In this document: positions 1-7,495 of the stretch, piece by piece
How the letters are laid out: each line of letters starts with the position of its first letter
How positions within the stretch are numbered: position 1 is the first letter of the stretch
DNA from: an uncultured Clostridia bacterium
GTDB taxonomy: Bacteria > Acidobacteriota > Aminicenantia > UBA2199
Assembly (NCBI GenBank): GCA_964562095.1
Contig: CAZLSH010000001.1
Coordinates: 3,027 to 67,026, forward strand
Direction: 5' to 3'
DNA: 64,000 nt
Program-made: the position numbers and the translations under genes
The notes under the pieces: generated by a model
What the model saw: only the letters and a program-made list of their open reading frames with translations
Told to the model about the DNA's origin: nothing
The model's database searches: none

Positions 1-752
1 GGCTCTCCCGCGAGGTGACGATCGCCATCGTCGGCAAGTACGTGAGTCATTCCGATGCCTACAAGAGTCTTTTTGAAGCCCTGTATCACGCCGGGGCGGA
101 GAACCATGTCCGAGTGCGGCTGGAACGGATCGATTCCGATGCGCTGGTCAGCGGCGATCCCGCCGAGATCTTCCGCGCCGTGGACGGCATCCTGGTTCCA
201 GGCGGCTTCGGCATCCGCGGCATCGAGGGCATGATCCGCGCCGTCGAATACGCCCGGACGCGCGCCATTCCCTTTTTCGGCATCTGCCTGGGCATGCAGG
301 TGGCAACGATCGAATACGCCCGTCATGTCCTGGGCCTGGCGGACGCCCACTCCTCCGAGTTCGACCCGCGGACCGGCAGCAAAATTTTCCTCAAGCTGCA
401 CGAACTGCACAACGTGGACGACATGGGGCACAACATGAGGCTGGGTGCCTATTCCTGCATCCTGAAGAAACAGTCGCTGGCGTACCGCGTCTACCGCCAG
501 GAAAAGATCTCGGAGCGCCACCGTCACCGCTATGAGTTCAACCCCGAGTTCGAATACAAGCTGGAAAACAAGGGGCTGCGCATCAGCGGCAAGAACCCCG
601 AGCGCAACCTGGTGGAGATCGTCGAACTGGCCGGCCATCCCTGGTTCCTGGGCTGCCAGTTCCACCCGGAATTCAAATCCCGGCCCCTGCGGCCGCATCC
701 GCTTTTCGTCTCATTCATCGAACAGGCCAAGCGCAACCAGCCCCGGACTTGA
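1..752 (+). CDS. pyrG: CTP synthase, C-terminal glutamine amidotransferase domain (5' partial; gene continues upstream of window)
   Basis: ORF 15..752 translation contains class-I GATase motifs (GFGIRGIEG, FFGICLGMQ, HRHRYEFN, GCQFHPEF) typical of the PyrG C-terminus; no start codon context at the window edge. Confidence 0.9.
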   Translation, partial: LSREVTIAIVGKYVSHSDAYKSLFEALYHAGAENHVRVRLERIDSDALVSGDPAEIFRAVDGILVPGGFGIRGIEGMIRAVEYARTRAIPFFGICLGMQVATIEYARHVLGLADAHSSEFDPRTGSKIFLKLHELHNVDDMGHNMRLGAYSCILKKQSLAYRVYRQEKISERHRHRYEFNPEFEYKLENKGLRISGKNPERNLVEIVELAGHPWFLGCQFHPEFKSRPLRPHPLFVSFIEQAKRNQPRT

Positions 753-768
753 AAGCGGGGAACTCGGC

Positions 769-1659
769 TCAGGGAATCTTGACGAATTCGTGATAGATGC
801 TTTTGACCATGGCGCTGACGTTGATCATCAGCGCCTCTCGGGGGCCCATCAGGGTCGGTGAGAAATAATCCTCTTCCAGGATCATCTCGGCGATGCGCGT
901 GAAATCAACGCTCTGGCCCAGGCGGGAGATGATCCGCTCCTTTAACTGCCGGGTTTCGGCGAGCGAAGCGGCCAGGAATTCCCGGACCCGGTCTTTGCCC
1001 CTGACGGCGGTGTTGTGCGCCAGGGCCAGGACCTCGGCTTCGAGGCCGAGCAGCTTTTCCAGCGAGGCCTCATACTGGCGGTAGCTGGACAGGAACAGCG
1101 GCTTGACCCTGCCGTTCCTTTCCACGACGCCGGCGGCATCGCCGGCGAACAGGATGTTGCCGGGGCGCAGAAGAAAAGAAATGGAGCAGCGGGTGTGCCC
1201 CGGTGTTTCGTACACTTCAAGGTAGCGCCCGGCGGACAAGGGGATGCGTTCGTTCTCGCCCACGGCGCGGATGTCGCGCGGCCGGGTGAAGACCGAAGCG
1301 CTGCGGTCGTTGGCGAGCGCCTTGAATTTCTGGTTCAGGTCGTTGATGAAGGCGATCGCCTTGTCGTTTTCCAGGATGTCCTTGGTGCGTTGCGAGGCGA
1401 TGATCTGAAAGGGGGATTTTTCCTGGAGCAGGGAGCAGGCGCCGGCGTGATCGTAGTGGGAGTGGGTCAGAAGCACCATGTCCAGCCGCCCGCCTTCCAG
1501 CAGCGCCGACAATTTGTTCTCGATTTCCCCGGCCTTGGCCAGAACGGCGCAATCGATCATCGCATTGCGTTGGCCGCGGATCACGTAGAGGGGGAACATC
1601 GGGACATGCAGTACGTAAACGTCCGCTGCCAGTTCAGAAAAAGGGCGTTGGTTCACCAA
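769..1659 (-). CDS. MBL-fold metallo-hydrolase
   Basis: 296-aa ORF with a metallo-beta-lactamase HxHxDH-type motif (LLTHSHYDHAGA) and PGHT motif. Confidence 0.75.
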   Translation of the reverse strand: MVNQRPFSELAADVYVLHVPMFPLYVIRGQRNAMIDCAVLAKAGEIENKLSALLEGGRLDMVLLTHSHYDHAGACSLLQEKSPFQIIASQRTKDILENDKAIAFINDLNQKFKALANDRSASVFTRPRDIRAVGENERIPLSAGRYLEVYETPGHTRCSISFLLRPGNILFAGDAAGVVERNGRVKPLFLSSYRQYEASLEKLLGLEAEVLALAHNTAVRGKDRVREFLAASLAETRQLKERIISRLGQSVDFTRIAEMILEEDYFSPTLMGPREALMINVSAMVKSIYHEFVKIP

Positions 1660-2168
1660 GGCCCCCGCTGATACAACTCCGCGGCGGGTTTGCGCTCTCG
1701 GGCCGCGGGCAGGCGAACGGGATAGCCCAGGCTCATCAGCTGCACGATGCGCACCGCGGCTGGGACCCGCAGGACGGCCTTGGCCTTGTCTTCGGCGAAC
1801 GAGCCGATCCAGCAGGTGCCCAGGCCTTCGCGCACCGCCTGCAGCGAGACATGGTCCAGGACAATCGCCAGGTCGATCAGGTAGGCCGGGTGGCCGCAGC
1901 GCATGACGTAGGACGGATTCAGGGCGCAGGCGGCCAGCAGCAGCGGCGCCTGCTTGAAAAAAGGCTGGTGCGGAGAAGCCCCGTCGATCAGGAGCTCTTT
2001 CAGTTCCGGGTCGCTGATGACCAGGATGCGCCAGTCCTGCTGGTTGCGCGCGGTCGGGGCCAGCCGGCCCGCCTCGAGAATCCGGGCCAGCTTTTCTTCC
2101 TCGACCGGACGGGGGCTGTATTCGCGGATCGAGCGCCGGGCAGCGATCTCCTCGATGATCGTCACAGG
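1653..2168 (-). CDS. nitroreductase family protein
   Basis: ORF 1653..2282 contains a nitroreductase N-terminal motif (RRSIREY...ARNQQ..W). The likely true start is GTG (VTIIEE) near 2166, which abuts the stop of the upstream OMP gene. Confidence 0.7.
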   Translation of the reverse strand, partial: PVTIIEEIAARRSIREYSPRPVEEEKLARILEAGRLAPTARNQQDWRILVISDPELKELLIDGASPHQPFFKQAPLLLAACALNPSYVMRCGHPAYLIDLAIVLDHVSLQAVREGLGTCWIGSFAEDKAKAVLRVPAAVRIVQLMSLGYPVRLPAARERKPAAELYQRGPW

Positions 2169-2809
2169 GAGTAGACCCCCCCGATCAGCAATGAGACCGA
2201 TTCGCTTTTTACCGCCGCATCCGGGCTTTTCAACAGGCTGGAAAGCCAGTGGTTGTAGCGCAGTTCGGCAAACAGACCCCAACGGCCCAGCGGGAGTTCG
2301 TACCCCAGGGCGGCGTTGAGGGCAAAGATAAATTTTTTTGTGTTATCGGCAAGGTTAATGATTTTTTGATACTCGGGGATCGACAGTTCATGGGAAAGGA
2401 GGAAGTTGAATTCGGGTCCCAGAGCCGCATAGGGCGTGGCACCATCCCGTAAACGGAGGGAAAAGAGTATCGGCACGGCGATGGCGGTGTTGCGGTAGAT
2501 TCCCGTGATCGTTTCGCCCGGCACGTAGTTCAGGGCGGTCCTCGCCCCCTTTTTGCCAAAGAGCGCCTGGGCCTCCAGTTTCATTTTTGGGGCGATCTCC
2601 CAGGCATACCCCAGGCCAAAGGCCATTCCTGTTTGTTGCTGGCGGTTCAGGGAAGTGATTTCGCTGGAGAACAAGTATTTGCTCGAATGGACCCCCAGCA
2701 GGGCCTTGAACTCGCCGGCCATGGCCAGCCGCGCCGGCAACAGCAGCCCAAGAAGCAGAATGATTTTTTTCATCGGCCGAAACCTAGCATATTCCCGATG
2801 ATTTTTCAA
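2162..2809 (-). CDS. small outer-membrane beta-barrel protein (signal peptide; porin/OmpW-like fold predicted)
   Basis: N-terminal signal peptide MKKIILLLGLLLPARLAMA; alternating hydrophobic beta-strand pattern rich in aromatics and Gly over 215 aa. Confidence 0.55.
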   Translation of the reverse strand: MKNHREYARFRPMKKIILLLGLLLPARLAMAGEFKALLGVHSSKYLFSSEITSLNRQQQTGMAFGLGYAWEIAPKMKLEAQALFGKKGARTALNYVPGETITGIYRNTAIAVPILFSLRLRDGATPYAALGPEFNFLLSHELSIPEYQKIINLADNTKKFIFALNAALGYELPLGRWGLFAELRYNHWLSSLLKSPDAAVKSESVSLLIGGVYSL

Positions 2810-2854
2810 TCATTGTTGACAAGCACAGATCGTTCTTGTATGATCGCCCTTGAG

Positions 2855-3015
2855 GCTTGATTCAAGGGAAGAGGGTTTATCCCCACAGCCCCCGCTGCCG
2901 TGACCGGACCTGGGATCAGGAAGCATCTTTGAAAGTCTCAGCCACTGCCCCAAAGGGCGGGAAGGCTTTTTAAAGATTCCGGAAGTCGGAAGACCTATCA
3001 GGTATCAGCCAGATT
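2855..3015 (+). ncRNA. cobalamin (AdoCbl) riboswitch
   Basis: The 5' UTR of the TonB-dependent receptor contains AAGGGAAGAGGG...TCCCCACAGCCCCCGCTGCCGTGA, GCCACTGCCCCAAAGGGCGGGAAGGC, and a B12-box-like AGTCGGAAGACCT. These match the conserved cores of RF00174 recalled from memory. Confidence 0.65.
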
Positions 3016-3079
3016 CCGTTTATCCGCGGAGGGCGGGTAAGGATGAAGTTGCAGCCCATTTGATTTTGGAGCGTGCGTC

Positions 3080-4894
3080 ATGCGAAACTCATTGGTCCGG
3101 CTTTTTCTCTTCTGCCTGCTTTTCCCCGTCCTGGTCGCCGAGGATAAAAAGGAAAAGCCCGATATCGAGGAAGCGGTGGAGGTCATCGGCAAGGTGCCCC
3201 TGGCCCGAGCCCTGCAGAGCGTCTCGGTGCTGGACCTGGAGCGAGTCCAGAACGGCGGCCACGACGGCTTGAAAGAATTGCTGAACCAGTGCCCGGGGAT
3301 GCTGGTGCTCAACGCCGGCAACCCGGCGCAGTTCTCCTATGCCTTCGCCCGCGGCGCTTCGGTCAACCAAATGCTGTACCTGATCGACGGGGTCAAGCTG
3401 CACGATCCCTCCTCGTCGCTGTCGGGAAATTTTTCATTCCTGTCCCCGCAACTCGTTGAAAAAGTCGAAGTCGTCCGCGGGCCGCTGAGCAGCATGTACG
3501 GGTCGAGCGCCATGGGCGGCGTGGTCAACATCATTACGCGCAAAAAAGAAGGGCTGCGATTTTCCCTCGCCGGCGGCAGCCACGGTACCTGGGACAGCCA
3601 GGTTCATTTTGGCAAGCGCCTGGGGGCGTTCCACGTTTTCCTCAATGCCGGCATGTTGAATTTCGACGATCGCCTGGACAATGACCGAGTGGAACGCAAA
3701 AGCTTCGCCATCCATTCGGGCTATGACCTGGATGATCTCTCGCTGGGCCTTTCCCTTTTCGCTTCGCTCGTGGATGCCGGCATCCCCTGGAATCTGGGAA
3801 CGGCGACCCCGCGGCGCGGCTACGGGCAGGACAACTTCATTGTCTCCCTGCCGCTCGGCCTGGATTTCGGAGACCGGGGGCGGCTCGATGTCGTCGCCTC
3901 GCTGCACTGGAACCGCTACGATTTCCGCGATCCCGACGATGCCTGGAACCCGCAGTTTGCCAACGAGTCCTTCCTGGCGGAAGCGCAGGCGAAATTCACC
4001 GCTCGCCTGGAGAAAAATTTAAAGCTGGTTGCCGGGGCCGATCTCTCGACGCAACGGATCGCCAACCTGGAGAACGGCCAGACCCTGATCCCGGGCACCT
4101 CGCTGGGCGTGGCCTCCGCCTATGCCGACCTGCAGGCCGACTTGGGCCGGTTGCTGCTGGCCGGATCGCTGCGTTTCGACCAGTACGAAGGCCTGGCCGG
4201 GGTGTTTTCGCCCCATTTGGGAGCTTCGTTCAACCTTGCCCCTTTCCTGAAGCTGAGGGCTTCGGCTTCCCGCAGCTTCCGCGCCCCGACGCTGCCGGAA
4301 ATGCTGAACCCGTATTGGGGAAATCCCGCGCTGCTTCCCGAGACCGGCAGCTCGCTCGAGGCGGGAGCGGACCTGTACCTCGCCACGCTGCAATTCGGGT
4401 TGACCGCGTTCGCATCCACTTACCGGAACCTGATCGGCTACAGCCCGCTGACCAGCCGCTTCGCCAACATCAACCGGGCCGATGTCAATGGCGCCGAACT
4501 GAGCCTCGACTGGGAGGTCCGCACGGGCATTCGCTGCCGCGCGGCCTATACCTACCTGCACACGCAGGACGTCCAATACGGACGGGAATTGCTGCGCCGC
4601 CCGCGTCAGGTTTTCAGCGCCGCCCTGTCCTACCGCGCCGCCAGCGGGCTCACCGCCTCTGCCGACGTGACGGTCGTGGGCAAGCGGCTGGACTATGACG
4701 AGTTGCTCTGGACGGTCGCCGAAAACAGGGCGTTCAACCAGGTCGGGCTCATGCTTCGCCTGCCGCTTTGGAAGCACGTATCGGTCTTTTGCCGGGTGGA
4801 CAACGCCCTGAATGCCCGTTATGAAGAGGTCCTGGGCTATCCGGCGCCGCTGCGCCGCCTGCAGCTGGGCGCCGCCTGCCAGGTGGGCGATTGA
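3080..4894 (+). CDS. btuB: TonB-dependent outer-membrane receptor, BtuB-like (vitamin B12/corrinoid uptake)
   Basis: 604 aa with a signal peptide, a plug domain and TonB-box-like region (EAVEVIG, NQMLYLIDGVK), a C-terminal beta-barrel, and riboswitch control upstream. Confidence 0.8.
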   Translation: MRNSLVRLFLFCLLFPVLVAEDKKEKPDIEEAVEVIGKVPLARALQSVSVLDLERVQNGGHDGLKELLNQCPGMLVLNAGNPAQFSYAFARGASVNQMLYLIDGVKLHDPSSSLSGNFSFLSPQLVEKVEVVRGPLSSMYGSSAMGGVVNIITRKKEGLRFSLAGGSHGTWDSQVHFGKRLGAFHVFLNAGMLNFDDRLDNDRVERKSFAIHSGYDLDDLSLGLSLFASLVDAGIPWNLGTATPRRGYGQDNFIVSLPLGLDFGDRGRLDVVASLHWNRYDFRDPDDAWNPQFANESFLAEAQAKFTARLEKNLKLVAGADLSTQRIANLENGQTLIPGTSLGVASAYADLQADLGRLLLAGSLRFDQYEGLAGVFSPHLGASFNLAPFLKLRASASRSFRAPTLPEMLNPYWGNPALLPETGSSLEAGADLYLATLQFGLTAFASTYRNLIGYSPLTSRFANINRADVNGAELSLDWEVRTGIRCRAAYTYLHTQDVQYGRELLRRPRQVFSAALSYRAASGLTASADVTVVGKRLDYDELLWTVAENRAFNQVGLMLRLPLWKHVSVFCRVDNALNARYEEVLGYPAPLRRLQLGAACQVGD

Positions 4895-5778
4895 TACCCG
4901 TCCTCCATGCCGCCGGCGGCAGGAAGCAGGCTGTTTTCCTGGCGCTGCTTTTTTCCGCCATGGCGGTTTATCCCCAGCGGGTGGTCTCCCTGGCCCCGGG
5001 GCTGACCGAGATCGTCTTCGCCGTCGGCCGTGGTGCTGCCCTGGTGGGGGTGACGAAATTCTGCGACTATCCCCCTGCGGCCAGGCAGATCGAAAAAGTC
5101 GGCGGCTTCCTTGATGTCAGCATGGAGGCCCTGGTGGCCCTGGATCCCGATGTCGTGATCGCCTACCCGGAGCATGCCGCCAGGATGAAGTCCCTGCCGC
5201 CCCGGGTGCGGTTGGTCACGGTGGGTCACGACCGCCTGTCGGACCTGCTGGCATCGATGCTGGAGATCGGCAGGGTGCTCGGGAACGCAAAGGCGGCCGA
5301 ACGGCTGGCGGGATCCATCCGCCGGCGGCTGCGCCGCCTGGAACTGCGGGTCCGGGGGGAGAATAGGCCCAGCGTCCTTTTCATCGCCGGCCGCAACGCC
5401 GACGAGCTGAAAAACATGTTCATTATCGGCAACAACGATTTTTTGAATGACCTGTTGCGATTGGCCGGAGGGGTGAACGCCTACCGGGGCGGCATCGCTT
5501 ACCCCAGCATTTCGCTGGAAACGGTCATTTCCCTCAATCCGGAATTCATTTTCGAGATATCTTCGCATTATGAAGGCATCGCCGATGAAAGGATCTTCGC
5601 CTTGTGGCGGCCACTGTTCATGGTAGCGGCCGTAAGCGGCGGGCGGGTGCGGATCATCCGCGACCCCTCCTGGCTGCGGCCCGGGCCGCGGGTGGCCGAT
5701 GTCGCCGAGGAATTGGCGCGGACGCTCCATCCGCGGCGATTCGCGGCCGCGTCCAGGGAACATGGCCGGAATGATTGA
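4891..5778 (+). CDS. ABC transporter periplasmic substrate-binding protein (BtuF/FecB class, cobalamin/siderophore)
   Basis: Overlaps the btuB stop by 4 nt. Class III SBP features include VVSLAPGLTEIVFAVG and a KFCDYP-type cobalamin-binding-like motif. Confidence 0.75.
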   Translation: MIPVLHAAGGRKQAVFLALLFSAMAVYPQRVVSLAPGLTEIVFAVGRGAALVGVTKFCDYPPAARQIEKVGGFLDVSMEALVALDPDVVIAYPEHAARMKSLPPRVRLVTVGHDRLSDLLASMLEIGRVLGNAKAAERLAGSIRRRLRRLELRVRGENRPSVLFIAGRNADELKNMFIIGNNDFLNDLLRLAGGVNAYRGGIAYPSISLETVISLNPEFIFEISSHYEGIADERIFALWRPLFMVAAVSGGRVRIIRDPSWLRPGPRVADVAEELARTLHPRRFAAASREHGRND

Positions 5779-6526
5779 AGCCCGGGGACTTTCATATGCC
5801 GTGAGTCAAAGGCAGATCCTCCATGACCTCGATTTCATTATCGAACAGAACGATTTTGTCCTGGTTTTCGGCGCCAACGGCGCCGGCAAGTCGACCCTGC
5901 TCCGTGTTTTGGCCGGCATGCTCCGCAAGACGGCAGGCGAAGTGCAACTGGCCGGCCGCAACCTGGCGACGTATGCCAGGAAAGAACTGGCCACGCGCCT
6001 TTCCTACCTGCCGCAGGCGGACGAATTTGCCCTGCCGCTGCTGGTCCGGGACATCCTGCTGGCCGGACGCTATCCCTACCGCTCGCTTTTTCAGCAGCTG
6101 ACCCGGCGCGATTTGGAGGTCTTTGCGGACGGCGTGGCGCAGTTCGGCCTTGAGGAACTGCTGACGCGCAACATTCAGACTCTGAGCGGCGGGGAGAGAA
6201 AAAAAGTCCTCCTGGCCGGCGCGTTCATCCAGGATGTGCCGCTTATCCTCCTGGACGAGCCGCTGAGTTTCCTCGACCCGGGGAGCGCCCGGCGCCTGGT
6301 CAGGATGCTGGAGGCCCTGCACCGGGAAGGCCGGACGATCGTCGTGGTTTCGCATGAAATCGAGCGCTTTTTTCCCCTGGCCACCAAGATGCTGGCGCTG
6401 CAGGGCGGCGCCTTGCGCTATTTCGGCGCCCGGACGTTCTCGGCGCAATTGTTCCAGGATGTCTATGGCGTCCCGTTTCAAAGAATCACCGCCGCCGGGC
6501 GGGAGATCATTTATGTCGACGACTAG
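5771..6526 (+). CDS. ABC transporter ATP-binding protein (BtuD/FecE-like)
   Basis: Walker A GANGAGKST, signature LSGGERKKV and Walker B LILLDEP; start taken at MIEARGL. Confidence 0.85.
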   Translation: MIEARGLSYAVSQRQILHDLDFIIEQNDFVLVFGANGAGKSTLLRVLAGMLRKTAGEVQLAGRNLATYARKELATRLSYLPQADEFALPLLVRDILLAGRYPYRSLFQQLTRRDLEVFADGVAQFGLEELLTRNIQTLSGGERKKVLLAGAFIQDVPLILLDEPLSFLDPGSARRLVRMLEALHREGRTIVVVSHEIERFFPLATKMLALQGGALRYFGARTFSAQLFQDVYGVPFQRITAAGREIIYVDD

Positions 6527-7493
6527 GAGACTCTGGCTATTGGCCGGGGCCGTGCTGTTGGCGTTGGTGATCACGCCGTTCCTGGGCATCGTCGCCATCG
6601 ATCCGCGCGCTGTTTTTCAGCAGAGCCCGGCCAGTTTCATCTTCTGGCAGTTGCGTCTTCCCCGCGCCCTGCTGGGGTTCGCCGCCGGGGGCATCCTGGC
6701 CCTGTCGGGGCTGGTTTGCCAGAACCTGTTCAAGAACGACCTGGCGACCCCGGACCTGCTGGGCATTTCGTCCGGAGCCGCCGCCGGCGCGGTGATCGCG
6801 CTCAAATTCAAGGTGGGGTTGACTTTTTTGGGCAGTGGCGGCACGCACTTGTTTTCTTTCCTGGGGGCGTTGGCGGCGATCCTCGTCATCTTCGCCATCG
6901 CCCGCATGATCCGGAGCTCCTCGCTGTATACTTTCCTGATGTCCGGCATCGCCATCAATTTTTTCTTCTCCTCGGTCATCGTCATCTGCCAGTACGTTTT
7001 TGACTTCACGGATACGTTCTCGTTGCTGCGCTGGCTGACGGGCGCCATCGTCGTCGCCGGCTACAAGGAGGTCATTTTTCTGCTGGCGCTGCTGGCCGTT
7101 TTCCTGGTTTTCGTTCTGTTGTTCCGCGCGGAATTTCTTCTGCTCGCGGCCGGAGACGATTTTGCCTTGACCCGCGGGCTGGATGTCGCCGCCTTCAGAA
7201 AATATTCATTCCTGGGACTGGCGGTCTTTGTCGGCGCCGCCGTTTCCCTGTGCGGCCCCATCGGATTCGTCGCCCTGGTCGTTCCGCATGTGTCGCGGTC
7301 CTGGGGCGCCAGCCGCTACCGGGAAACCGCCGGTTTCACCGTTCTTCTCGGCGGCGGTCTTCTCGTGCTCGCCGATTTCCTGGCCCGTTCCCTGCTGCCG
7401 CCGGTGGAGGTCCCGGTCGGGATCGTCACCTCGCTCCTGGGGGCGCCATTTTTCCTGGCGCTGCTGCTGTCCCAGCTGAAGCGCTCGGCCTGA
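6513..7493 (+). CDS. FecCD-family ABC permease (BtuC-like)
   Basis: Multi-TM protein ending ...GAPFFLALLL, typical of FecCD permeases. The ATG at 6513 (MSTTRRLW) overlaps the ATPase stop. The ORF-track start at 6354 is an upstream in-frame extension. Confidence 0.8.
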   Translation: MSTTRRLWLLAGAVLLALVITPFLGIVAIDPRAVFQQSPASFIFWQLRLPRALLGFAAGGILALSGLVCQNLFKNDLATPDLLGISSGAAAGAVIALKFKVGLTFLGSGGTHLFSFLGALAAILVIFAIARMIRSSSLYTFLMSGIAINFFFSSVIVICQYVFDFTDTFSLLRWLTGAIVVAGYKEVIFLLALLAVFLVFVLLFRAEFLLLAAGDDFALTRGLDVAAFRKYSFLGLAVFVGAAVSLCGPIGFVALVVPHVSRSWGASRYRETAGFTVLLGGGLLVLADFLARSLLPPVEVPVGIVTSLLGAPFFLALLLSQLKRSA

Positions 7494-7495
7494 AA

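Noticed and set aside
6354-6512. N-terminal 53-aa extension of the permease ORF overlapping the ATPase gene
   Set aside because: The extension is Arg/Cys/Pro-rich and overlaps the conserved ATPase C-terminus in another frame. The ATG at 6513 (MSTTRRLW), with an overlapping stop/start arrangement, is the plausible start.
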